NCBI GenBank assembly: GCA_040767155.1
Contig: JAXGPC010000003.1
Span: forward strand, 565,520-629,519
DNA length: 64,000 nt
Source: Anaerolineae bacterium
GTDB taxonomy: Bacteria > Chloroflexota > Anaerolineae > B4-G1 > SLSP01
Direction of reading: 5' to 3'
In this document: positions 47,207 to 56,516 of the stretch, one piece after another
Layout: each line of letters begins with the position of its first letter
How positions within the stretch are numbered: position 1 is the first letter of the stretch
Program-made: the position numbers and the translations under genes
Notes under the pieces: model-generated
What the model saw: only the letters and a program-made list of their open reading frames with translations
Databases searched by the model: none
Told to the model about the DNA's origin: nothing

Positions 47207-48296
47207 ATGAGTGAACTGAGAGACCGCTTCGAGGACCTGTCGGCCCGCGTTGAAGCTATCTGGAGGCGTCTTTGACTTGCCCGAACGCGTTCGGGAGCTT
47301 GCGTCACTAGAAGAGCAAAGCGGAGACCCCAATCTGTGGAACAACCCTGATGGCGCTCGCCAACTCCTCCGTCGATTGGCGACGCTGCAGGAAGACGTCA
47401 GCTACTGGACCAAGCTCCGGCAAGAGATCCACGACGCCGCAGAGCTTGAGGCATTGGACGAGGACGAACTGGGGATGGAATTGGCTGCTGAGGCCGAACG
47501 GCTTGAGGAACAGCTGGGTAAGGCAGAGTTCCGCCTGATGCTCTCTGGCCCCTACGACCACGGCAATGCCATCCTGGCCATTCACGCCGGTGCAGGCGGC
47601 ACAGATTCGCAAGACTGGGCCGATATGCTGCTGCGTATGTTCCTGCGCTGGGTTGAGCGGCGCGGCTTCAAGTCCGAGATCCTTGACCTGATGGAAGGAG
47701 AAGGCGCCGGGATCAAGAGCGTCACGTTGGGCATCAATGGAGCCTACGCCTATGGCTACCTTCGATCAGAGCGCGGCGTCCATCGCCTGGTGCGACTATC
47801 TCCATTTGATTCAGCGCACCGGCGGCACACCTCATTTTCCCTGGTCGAGGTGTGGCCCGACATCGAGGCTGACGCGGAGATCACCATCGACCCCACCGAT
47901 CTGCAGATCGACACCTTCCGCGCCTCATCGGCTGGCGGACAGCACATGCAGAAAAACGAAACGGCGGTTCGGATCACGCACATACCCTCAGGTCTCGTCG
48001 TGACCTGTCAGAACGAGCGCTCGCAGACCCAGAACCGGGAGACAGCGCTTCGAATTCTGCGGGCTCGCCTGATCCAGATCCAGGAAGAGGAGCATCGCGA
48101 GCAACTCGCAGCGCTCAAGGGAGAGCACGTAGATGCCGGGTGGGGAAACCAGATTCGGTCCTATGTCCTTCATCCCTACCAGATGGTCAAAGACCATCGA
48201 ACCGACTACGAAACGGGCAATGTTCAGGCAGTTCTGGATGGCGATCTCGATGCACTTATGGAAGCCTTCCTGCGCGAGCAAGTGGGCGATGGCTGA
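47207..48296 (+). CDS. prfB: peptide chain release factor 2, requires +1 programmed ribosomal frameshift: join(47207..47272,47274..48296)
   Basis: Frame 0 MSELRDRFEDLSARVEAIWRRL ends at CUU UGA C (47270-47276) with GGAGG 3 nt upstream; +1 frame continues DLPERVRELASLEEQS...SAGGQHMQKNETAVR (GGQ motif). ORF track shows this as two ORFs (47039..47275 and 47250..48296). Confidence 0.9.
47261..47276 (+). other. prfB: prfB programmed +1 ribosomal frameshift site
   Basis: TGGAGGCGTCTTTGAC: SD-like GGAGG, 3-nt spacer, slippery CUU, in-frame UGA followed by C. Confidence 0.9.
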
Positions 48297-48394
48297 GTCG
48301 GATGCACGCGGTGGGGAAATGCAACGGTACCCGGTTTGCGCCCCAGCACGCTGACGACTCCCTTAACACAACTGACAACAGAGCGGAGGCTAAG

Positions 48395-49660
48395 ATGACA
48401 GCAAAGCGAAAACCGGCACCGTCTGCGGGTGGCAGCAAGTCCTCGGGCAAGCCACCGTCGCGCCCTGCGCCGTCAGACCGTATCCTCTCCTCGAAGATAT
48501 CGTCCAGCTCCCCTACGCCCAGACCGAAGCCCTCTTCGAGTTCTCCCAAGCCGGCGTTCACACCCCAACGCCCGCAGGCACCGGTGGCTCCCTCTCTGGT
48601 CAGCGCCAGCAGCGAAATGGCCACCAGACTGGCTATCGTGCGCAGCAACTGGGAAAGTATCGCGGGCGGCGTGGCCCTGGCCTCGCTCTTCGACGCACTC
48701 GAGCAGGTCACGGGTCAGATTGACGGCGTGAGCCAGGCCCTATCCAGCGTCCGGGCACGGGGATACCGATTTGGACGGGAGTGGGAGACCCAGCTCGAGG
48801 CAATCAGCGGCCGCTGGCCACAACAGCACACACAGGCTATTCGGCTGCTCGAGGGTGAACGCCGCGTCCTGCAAAGCGCTGCCCAGGACGTCGACAACCT
48901 GTTGCAGCGTGCCAATCGCGACGCAGGCCTGGTCAGCACAGCAGAAAGCCGCATTGCCGTTCTGCAGAGTAACATCAATGCTGCAGAGCGCCGCGTGCGC
49001 GATACGTTCGACCAGACCCAACAGCAGGCCTATTCGCTGCAGCGCGAGATCGACAAGGTGCAGTTTCTACTCGACGCCCTGGACGAGGCCTCGTTTGACC
49101 TGCTCCCGGATGAACACGCTATCGCTGCGTGTGAGGCTGTTTGGGCCAGCGACCAGGAGGAGCCTGAGGGGCGCCTCTTCTTAACCGATGCTCGCCTCAT
49201 CTTCGAGCAATGGCAGGAGGTGGCAAAGAAGAAAGTCCTCTTCATCACGACCGAAAAGGAACTGATCCAGAAAAAGCTTTGGGAATCCCCGATCGGTGCG
49301 GTCGAGGAGCTGGAAGCAGAGGACAAGAAGTCGTTCCTTCGCCGCCAGGAGTTGCTCACGCTGCGGTTCAGCGAGCGCACCCGCGAAACCCCCGGCGACG
49401 TCACATTGCAGCTCAAGGACACGGACAATGAGTCATGGCGTGCGCTCATACGCAAGGCCAAGACCGGCCAGATCGACAACGAACGCTACGGCGCCCCCGC
49501 CCCCGAGCAACAGCTCGCCGCAACCATCGAGCAGGAAGCTACGACACCGCCCAAGGAGCTGCCCACCGTCTGTCCAAACTGTTCCGCACCCTTGCCACCC
49601 ATCTTCAAGGGTATGAAGCAGGTTGCCTGCGACTACTGTGGCACGATCATCAACATCTAG
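48395..49660 (+). CDS. hypothetical protein: basic Ser/Pro-rich N-terminus, coiled-coil region, PH/GRAM-like segment, C-terminal zinc ribbon
   Basis: ORF 48140..49660; preferred ATG 48395 after GGAGG; C-terminal CPNCSAPL...CDYCG. Confidence 0.55.
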   Translation: MTAKRKPAPSAGGSKSSGKPPSRPAPSDRILSSKISSSSPTPRPKPSSSSPKPAFTPQRPQAPVAPSLVSASSEMATRLAIVRSNWESIAGGVALASLFDALEQVTGQIDGVSQALSSVRARGYRFGREWETQLEAISGRWPQQHTQAIRLLEGERRVLQSAAQDVDNLLQRANRDAGLVSTAESRIAVLQSNINAAERRVRDTFDQTQQQAYSLQREIDKVQFLLDALDEASFDLLPDEHAIAACEAVWASDQEEPEGRLFLTDARLIFEQWQEVAKKKVLFITTEKELIQKKLWESPIGAVEELEAEDKKSFLRRQELLTLRFSERTRETPGDVTLQLKDTDNESWRALIRKAKTGQIDNERYGAPAPEQQLAATIEQEATTPPKELPTVCPNCSAPLPPIFKGMKQVACDYCGTIINI

Positions 49661-49715
49661 GAAGAGTCGCCCGGCATACCGGTCCAACACGCGGCCGCAA
49701 AGGGTGCGAGGTGTG

Positions 49716-49753
49716 CGGAGCGCCGAACTGAACAGTGGTATGACAGCGCTCCG
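49716..49753 (+). terminator. hairpin downstream of the 48395..49660 gene (weak terminator candidate)
   Basis: CGGAGCGC-22 nt-GCGCTCCG; no U-tract. Confidence 0.25.
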
Positions 49754-49774
49754 AATTGGCATCTAAGGGGAATT

Positions 49775-51268
49775 ATGGACCTTCTACACGACGTTAGCGC
49801 CTACATCGAACGGTACAAGCTCATCAGACCAGGAGCAAGGATCGTCGTGGGCGTGTCGGGAGGCCCTGATTCGGTCGCGCTGCTTCATCTTCTACAGCAG
49901 ATCGCCCCTGCCCTCGACCTCGAGCTCCACGTGGCGCATCTTCACCATGGTATTCGTGGCGCCGACGCCGATGCAGACCTTGAGTTCGTCGCCCAGTTGG
50001 CCCGCGATGCAGGGCTTCCGTTTTCTACCGAGTCCGCTGACGTGCCAGCGCTCGCTGCAGGGGCCCGGTTGGCACTGGAAGAGACAGCCCGCCGGGTGCG
50101 CTATACCTTCCTCGCACGGGTTGCCCAGCAGGTTGGTGCCCAGTCCATCGCCGTTGGGCACAACGCGGATGACCAGGCCGAGACAGTACTTATGCACCTG
50201 CTCCGCGGCGCAGGGCCTGCAGGGTTGCGCGGTATGCTGCCGGCAACGCGACTGCGCGACTACCACCTCTTGCAGGAAGCTGAGGGACTCCCGCCAGAAC
50301 TGGTCATCATTCGTCCGCTTCTCGCGACCACCCGAGCCGAGATCGAAGCCTACTGCAATGCTGCCGGTCTGGTCACACGCCTTGACCGGTCCAACCTAGA
50401 TACCACCTACTTCCGCAACCGCCTGCGCCACGAAGTCTTGCCCTATCTGGCAGAGATCAACCCGCGCATCTCTGAACGCCTGAGGAACCTTGCCGAGGTG
50501 GTACGCGCAGACTACGGATTGCTGCACGAGTTCATCACTGTCGCACAAGATACGCTCCTGGTTGCCACCTACCCTGACGCCCTGGTCTATGATCTACGCC
50601 GCTGGCGCGAACAGCCCCTTGCGGTCCGGCGTGCCCTGATCCGGCGATCGGCCTACGAACTCCGGCGTTCGCTGCGGGACGTCGCCTTTGGACACGTAGA
50701 GCAGGCGGTCGATGTGGCCCAGAATGGACAGACTGGTGCTCAAGCAACGCTCCCGCGCGCACTGAACCTGACAGTGGGCTACACAACAGTGATCATTGCC
50801 CATGAAGGGGCACTGCACCTTCCGGTCGAGCGACCGTGGCTACAGCCGAAGCAGGAGATCCCGGTCGCGATCCCCGGTGTCACAGCCTTGCCCGACGGAT
50901 GGATGCTCCACGCTACCGTATGCACGGACTGGGACAGCCAACGGATAGAGACCAATCCCAATCCATTGGTGGCCTGGATCGACAAAGATGCGCTGGGCAG
51001 CCAGCTCGTGATCAGAACGCGGCGCGGTGGCGACCGGTTCCAGCCCCAGGGTATGCACGGCGCCGAAGTGCGCCTGAGCGATTTCCTGACCAACACCAAG
51101 CTGCCGCGCCCCTGGCGCGATCATCTCCCGCTACTTGCCTCCGACGATCGGTTGCTGTGGGTCATCGGCATGCGGGTGAGCCACGGGGCGTTGGTGCGCG
51201 CCACGACAACGCGCGTGATCCATCTCCGGGTCTCCGGCCCACCGGAGAATGCGGCGCGGCGCGACTGA
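49775..51268 (+). CDS. tilS: tRNA(Ile)-lysidine synthetase
   Basis: 497 aa; PP-loop VGVSGGPDSVALLHLL; TilS substrate-binding and C-terminal domains. Confidence 0.85.
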   Translation: MDLLHDVSAYIERYKLIRPGARIVVGVSGGPDSVALLHLLQQIAPALDLELHVAHLHHGIRGADADADLEFVAQLARDAGLPFSTESADVPALAAGARLALEETARRVRYTFLARVAQQVGAQSIAVGHNADDQAETVLMHLLRGAGPAGLRGMLPATRLRDYHLLQEAEGLPPELVIIRPLLATTRAEIEAYCNAAGLVTRLDRSNLDTTYFRNRLRHEVLPYLAEINPRISERLRNLAEVVRADYGLLHEFITVAQDTLLVATYPDALVYDLRRWREQPLAVRRALIRRSAYELRRSLRDVAFGHVEQAVDVAQNGQTGAQATLPRALNLTVGYTTVIIAHEGALHLPVERPWLQPKQEIPVAIPGVTALPDGWMLHATVCTDWDSQRIETNPNPLVAWIDKDALGSQLVIRTRRGGDRFQPQGMHGAEVRLSDFLTNTKLPRPWRDHLPLLASDDRLLWVIGMRVSHGALVRATTTRVIHLRVSGPPENAARRD

Positions 51269-51304
51269 GGCCGGAGCGATACTGGGGAAACTTGAAGGAG
51301 AACG

Positions 51305-52687
51305 ATGGCTACCGAGCCCGGCGAGGAACTGACCGAACGCGAACTCGAGATCACGGCACTTGTCACAGAAGGGTTGACGAACCGTGAGATCGCCGCACGC
51401 CTGTTCCTCAGCCACAACACCATCAAGGTACACCTGCGCAACATCTTCACCAAGACTGGGGTAGCATCCCGCACCGAGCTGTCGATGCTCGCGGTTCAGG
51501 AAGGATGGGTTGCAGTCCCGGGCTTGGTCGAACCGGCAGCGACACCTTCGACGGACAGCTCGCCACTGGCGTCCATGCTGGACGAGGGTGCCCTGGATCA
51601 GGGCCTGGAACTTCCACCGAAGCCGGCACCTTGGCCGCTTCCGCGCTGGATCGCGCTGGCACTCGGTCTGGCCCTGGCACTCTTTGTAGCACTCCTGCCC
51701 CAGAGCCGCCAGGGACTCCCCGCAACAGCCGGCCCAGGCGTTGTCTTTGGTGCTGTGGATCCCGTGACACGCCCATCGGCTCCAGTGGCAGGCGATGGCT
51801 GGCAGGAGCGCACGCCGCTCCCCGTGCGGCGCGCGGGCATGGGAACGGCGAGCGTCGGCGACCGCGTCTATCTGGTCGGTGGCATGACCGATACAGGCAC
51901 GAGCGACCGCGTGGACGTCTACGACACCGAATCCGACACCTGGCACGCAGCGGCCCCGCGCCCCATAGCCCTGGCCAACGTCAGCGCGCTCGCGGTTGGC
52001 GAGGGAGTCCTCGTGCCCGGGGGATGTACGGATGACGGCAATTGGACCCCGAGTGCCGCGACCCACCTCTACGACCCTTCAAGCGACACCTGGTCCGATG
52101 TTGGCCCTCTCCCAACACCCCTCTGCGCCTATGCGTTGGCAGCGTATGACGGGCGAGCCTATCTGTTTGGCGGATGGGATGGGCATGCCTACCGGCGATT
52201 AGCCTACCGCTATGATCCGGTCACCGCGGTCTGGGAGGATCTCGCTGACCCGGCGCATGCGCGGGGATTCGGAGCGGCCGCGGCCATAGAGGACCGGGTC
52301 CTGTATGTCGGGGGATTCGTGGATGACCGTGAGGTGGCCACCTGCGAGGCCTATATCCCCGCCGAAAATCGATGGGAGAGCTGTCAGTCAATGCTTCAGC
52401 CGCGTGGAGGGCTGAGCCTCGTGGCCATAGGGGGCAGAGCCTATGCCATTGGCGGGGGTTGGCATACCCCGTTGGGGTTCAACGAGCGCTATACGCCCGG
52501 TCAGGATGCTTGGAGTGTCGTAGAATCGCCCATCGTGGGTGAATGGCGCAACCTGGGGGCTGTCTCTTCTGATACCTCGATTTTCACCTTCGGCGGATGG
52601 GGAGAGACGGGGTTCCTGAACGGCACCTATGTCGTGGAGGTCATGCCCTGGCGGGTCTTCATCCCAGGGACGTTCCGCACCCCCTGA
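51305..52687 (+). CDS. membrane-anchored LuxR/GerE-family HTH regulator with extracytoplasmic Kelch-repeat beta-propeller
   Basis: N-terminal LTERELEITALVTEGLTNREIAARLFLSHNTIKVHLRNIFTKTGVASRTEL; single TM RWIALALGLALALFVALL; Kelch-like repeats (VYLVGG, AYLFGGWDG, LYVGGF, AYAIGGGW, IFTFGGWG). Confidence 0.7.
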   Translation: MATEPGEELTERELEITALVTEGLTNREIAARLFLSHNTIKVHLRNIFTKTGVASRTELSMLAVQEGWVAVPGLVEPAATPSTDSSPLASMLDEGALDQGLELPPKPAPWPLPRWIALALGLALALFVALLPQSRQGLPATAGPGVVFGAVDPVTRPSAPVAGDGWQERTPLPVRRAGMGTASVGDRVYLVGGMTDTGTSDRVDVYDTESDTWHAAAPRPIALANVSALAVGEGVLVPGGCTDDGNWTPSAATHLYDPSSDTWSDVGPLPTPLCAYALAAYDGRAYLFGGWDGHAYRRLAYRYDPVTAVWEDLADPAHARGFGAAAAIEDRVLYVGGFVDDREVATCEAYIPAENRWESCQSMLQPRGGLSLVAIGGRAYAIGGGWHTPLGFNERYTPGQDAWSVVESPIVGEWRNLGAVSSDTSIFTFGGWGETGFLNGTYVVEVMPWRVFIPGTFRTP

Positions 52688-52695
52688 GCCCGACG

Positions 52696-53715
52696 TCAGG
52701 CTAGTTGCAGCCCGGGCTCGATATCAAGATCCCATCCAGCACGCTCTCCCGCCTGGAACCGGAAGTAGCCTGCAGCAGCAATCATCGCAGCATTGTCGGT
52801 GCATAGAATCCGGCGCAGTGTATAGACGGGCACTGCCACCTCCGAACGCATCGCTTCGCGCAACGCGGCATTCGCCGATACGCCACCGGACAACAGCACC
52901 GCGTTGACACCGAGTTCCTTCGCTGCACGTGCAGTCTTCTCCACAAGCACATCGACCACCGACATTTGAAACGCTGCAGCCATATTGGCATAGAAACTGT
53001 GAGAGACCGGTTCGGTGTAGCGCTGCTGTACACGCAACACCGCCGTCTTCAGCCCACTGAAACTGAAGTCATACGTACCGGGCAGCCATGCCCGGGGCAA
53101 ATCGAAAGCCTGCGGGTCCCCATTCTTCGCCGCCTGCTCGATTGCCGGGCCACCGGGGTAGCCCAACTTGAGCATGCGCGCCACTTTGTCAAACGCCTCG
53201 CCGGCAGCATCATCCAACGTGCTGCCCAAGCGCTCGTACCGGCCATGGTCGTGGGCCAGAATGAGATCCGTGTGCCCTCCAGAGACGATCAGCGCGATCA
53301 GCGGAAAGCGTGCCTTGCCATTCGCACTCCCCTCGGCACCCGTATTCAACCAGTGGGCGTAGAGGTGTCCTTCCAGATGGTTGACAGGGACGAGCGGCAA
53401 TCCCTTGGCAAGGGCCGCGCCCTTGGCATAGTTGAGCCCGACCAGCAGCGAACCGGGGAGGCCGGGGCCGTAGGTCACAGCAATGGCATCGAGATCGTCC
53501 CACCCCACGTAGGCCGCTGCCAGCGCCTCATCCACCGTCGGGATAATCGATTCGACGTGCATGCGCGAGGCCAGTTCCGGAAAGACCCCACCATACTGGG
53601 CGTGAAGCTCCGCTTGAGACGCCACGACGTTCGATAGAATGGTCGTTCCGTCCTCGATGACGGCAGCAGCAGTCTCATCACACGACGTCTCAATCCCGAG
53701 AATGCGAACCGTCAT
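52696..53715 (-). CDS. tsaD: tRNA N6-adenosine threonylcarbamoyltransferase
   Basis: ORF 52696..53742; preferred start MTVRILGIETSCDETAAAV; ATGA overlap with upstream peptidase gene. Confidence 0.85.
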   Translation of the reverse strand: MTVRILGIETSCDETAAAVIEDGTTILSNVVASQAELHAQYGGVFPELASRMHVESIIPTVDEALAAAYVGWDDLDAIAVTYGPGLPGSLLVGLNYAKGAALAKGLPLVPVNHLEGHLYAHWLNTGAEGSANGKARFPLIALIVSGGHTDLILAHDHGRYERLGSTLDDAAGEAFDKVARMLKLGYPGGPAIEQAAKNGDPQAFDLPRAWLPGTYDFSFSGLKTAVLRVQQRYTEPVSHSFYANMAAAFQMSVVDVLVEKTARAAKELGVNAVLLSGGVSANAALREAMRSEVAVPVYTLRRILCTDNAAMIAAAGYFRFQAGERAGWDLDIEPGLQLA

Positions 53716-54974
53716 CGGCCAATCTCCCTCTCCGCAGACCACTCGGGCATTGGCACTACCAGGTCATAGTCCATCTGTGTCAGCGTATGAACCTTGCCGG
53801 CGTCATCTATCCAGACCATGTCCTCGACACGACAACCCATGCCCCGTTCCGGATAGTAGAGCCCGGGCTCGAATGCAAACACATGGCCAGGCTCGAGAAC
53901 CATCGTGTTCCCGGGACTGTCGTGGAAGCCTGGGACCTCGTGAATGTCAAGACCGACCCCGTGCCCGACACTATGAACATAACCACTCTGAATGGCGGGG
54001 TCGTCAGCAATGGTCGCATGGCCGCGCGCTTTGAAGAAATCACACGTCATCCGCTGGTAATTGCGGACTTCCTCACCCGTGTGCAGGGCAGCCTTTACTG
54101 TCGTCAAGCACTCGTAAACATCACGATGGAGGCGCATAACAGCTTCGGGAGCGTAGCCAAGGCAGAATGTCCGCGTCAAGTCAAAGAAGTAGCCCCCACC
54201 CATCTGCCGGGGGAAAATATCGAAGACGATCGACTCTCCCAAGCGCATCGGCGCGTCAGATGTCCCCCGGCTGTGTGGAATACCAGCATCTCCTCCGGTG
54301 GCAAAGATGAACCCCTCAGGGTCCTCCAGACCCTGCGCCGCGATCAGGCGGACAATCTGTGCATGAACTTGCCCTACAGTGAGCACACTGCCGTCCTGCT
54401 TGCGCAAGATCTCATCTTCTCCCACATCGTGAGACTGCAAGAAGGCTCGCGTCTGCCGTACAACGTTGGCCGTTCTTATTCCCACCTCGCGGATGATTGC
54501 CACTTCGTCGGCATCCTTGGTTGCCCGCGCCACACGGATGAGATCCGGATCCATCTCCCCCACGATCTCGACATCAGGCGTTGCAGCATTCAGAGCGGTC
54601 AGGAACGTGTAGGCATACCCCTGGTCTAGATATCCGTAGCACCCCAGCCGACCCGTGATTCCCAAGTCGGCAAAGATGCGTTGGTAATAGGCGACCGATG
54701 CAGCCAATTCGTCACCGCCATGCTGCTCCAGGAGTGCGTTGTACTCATACCGTGTCGTCAACACTACCGGGTAACCCGCCTGTGCGGCAGAGCCACGATC
54801 CATCGGCCCCACAATGAGCGTTGGAGTCTCGCCACGTTTCTTGATGAGTACAGCACGGGTAACATGGGCCCCATTCAGCAGATAGACCAGGGGGGGATTT
54901 CCCAGGACTTTGCCGCTAACGAGGATGGCATCGAGGTTCCGAGCAGTCATCAGAGCATCGAGATCGCGCTTCAT
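53712..54974 (-). CDS. M24-family Xaa-Pro aminopeptidase/dipeptidase
   Basis: ORF 53712..55118; preferred start MKRDLDALMTARNLDAIL; M24 pita-bread fold with metal ligands ...HSVGHGVGLDIHE... Confidence 0.75.
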   Translation of the reverse strand: MKRDLDALMTARNLDAILVSGKVLGNPPLVYLLNGAHVTRAVLIKKRGETPTLIVGPMDRGSAAQAGYPVVLTTRYEYNALLEQHGGDELAASVAYYQRIFADLGITGRLGCYGYLDQGYAYTFLTALNAATPDVEIVGEMDPDLIRVARATKDADEVAIIREVGIRTANVVRQTRAFLQSHDVGEDEILRKQDGSVLTVGQVHAQIVRLIAAQGLEDPEGFIFATGGDAGIPHSRGTSDAPMRLGESIVFDIFPRQMGGGYFFDLTRTFCLGYAPEAVMRLHRDVYECLTTVKAALHTGEEVRNYQRMTCDFFKARGHATIADDPAIQSGYVHSVGHGVGLDIHEVPGFHDSPGNTMVLEPGHVFAFEPGLYYPERGMGCRVEDMVWIDDAGKVHTLTQMDYDLVVPMPEWSAEREIGR

Positions 54975-55121
54975 TGGGCACACCTTTCGGAGCGATGGAC
55001 GGCCGCCAGACTCCAGAATGCAGTCTGACATCATTGTGCCACAGGCAATGGAAAACGCAACGGCAGGTGCGCGTTGTCGCCTGGCCCTTTCCAAGTATAC
55101 TGGGCGGCACGAGGACATTCT

Positions 55122-56516
55122 ATGCTCAAACCATTGGTTGCTATCATAGGACGCCCCAACGTGGGCAAGTCAACACTCTTCAACCGCATCATTGGCGAAC
55201 GTCGGGCCGTCGTGAGCGACATCGCCGGTACCACCCGGGACCGGATTGTCGCTGACGCCGAATGGAACGGCCGCACGTTTCAGGTTGTTGACACCGGCGG
55301 CGTTGAAATCCTCCCGTCGACGGTGGAGAGTGGGCGCGCACCACTTGGCAGAGAGCCTCTCCTCCTCGACTCCGAAGACTTCATCCCCCTGATCCGGGCT
55401 CAGGCTGAGACCGCGATCGAGGATGCGGATCTCGTGCTATTCATCACGGATGCTGAGGCGGGCGTCACCGCCGCAGATCGTGAAGTTGCCGATCTCCTGC
55501 GTAAGTCGAAGAAACCGGTGTTTCTCGTTGCCAACAAGGCCGAGAGTCACGCACGCGAGCAGAATGCGCTGGAGTTCTACGAGCTCGGTATTGGAGACGT
55601 CTACACGGTATCCGCCATCCACGGCAGCGGTGTTGGCGATCTTCTCGATCTCATCGTCGAGCGCCTCCCGTGGATCGAGGAAGACGAGCAGCCCGATGAC
55701 AATGCCATCCACATTGCCATCATTGGCCGTCCCAACGTGGGGAAGTCCTCGTTGTTGAACCGCCTGTTGGGCCACGAGCGGGCCATTGTGAGCCCCGTCG
55801 CTGGAACCACCCGTGACGCGGTCGACACTTCGATGGAGTATGAGGGGCAGCAGTATGTTCTGGTAGACACCGCCGGGATCCGCAGGCGTGGAAAGGTCGA
55901 GGCCGGCGTCGAAAAATGGAGCACACTGCGCACGGCACGAGCGCTACAGCGAACGGACCTGGCCCTGCTGCTCATTGATGCCACGGAAGGAATCACGGCG
56001 CAGGACACCCACGTTGCCGGAATGACGCTCGATGAGGGCGTAAGCGTCGTCGTCCTGGTCAATAAATGGGATGCGATCGATGCGGAGTTGCGACAACGAC
56101 GTGCTGACATTGAGGAGCACGTTCGTGAAGAACTGAAGTTCCTGAGCTATATCCCGGTGCTCTTTGTCTCGGCGTTGACCGGCATGGGGGTGCACCAGAT
56201 CCTTCCCATGGCCAGAGAGGTTGTTGAAGCACGGTACCAGCAGCTTCCTGCCAACCTGCTCAACGACCTGATCCAGAAAGCGACGATAGAGCACGCACCT
56301 CCCAGCAGGAGTGGTCGCCGTCTACGCATCTTCTCGGTTGCGCAGACCCGTGTAGCCCCTCCCCACCTCGTCTTTTCAGTCGACGATCCCAAGCTGGTTC
56401 ATTTCTCCTATCAGCGTTACCTTGAGAATCGCATACGCGAGGCGTATCCCTTCCCTGGGACCCCGATCCAAATGACCTTCCGCGGAAACAGGCCAGACCG
56501 GAAAACAAAACGATAG
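55122..56516 (+). CDS. der: ribosome-associated GTPase Der/EngA (tandem GTPase domains plus KH-like domain)
   Basis: ORF 55074..56516; preferred ATG 55122 (MLKPLVAIIGRPNVGKSTLFN); second G domain IAIIGRPNVGKSSLLN. Confidence 0.9.
   Translation: MLKPLVAIIGRPNVGKSTLFNRIIGERRAVVSDIAGTTRDRIVADAEWNGRTFQVVDTGGVEILPSTVESGRAPLGREPLLLDSEDFIPLIRAQAETAIEDADLVLFITDAEAGVTAADREVADLLRKSKKPVFLVANKAESHAREQNALEFYELGIGDVYTVSAIHGSGVGDLLDLIVERLPWIEEDEQPDDNAIHIAIIGRPNVGKSSLLNRLLGHERAIVSPVAGTTRDAVDTSMEYEGQQYVLVDTAGIRRRGKVEAGVEKWSTLRTARALQRTDLALLLIDATEGITAQDTHVAGMTLDEGVSVVVLVNKWDAIDAELRQRRADIEEHVREELKFLSYIPVLFVSALTGMGVHQILPMAREVVEARYQQLPANLLNDLIQKATIEHAPPSRSGRRLRIFSVAQTRVAPPHLVFSVDDPKLVHFSYQRYLENRIREAYPFPGTPIQMTFRGNRPDRKTKR

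Noticed and set aside
47039-47275. ORF 47039..47275 as an independent gene
   Set aside because: It is frame 0 of prfB upstream of the programmed +1 frameshift; the true start is ATG 47207.
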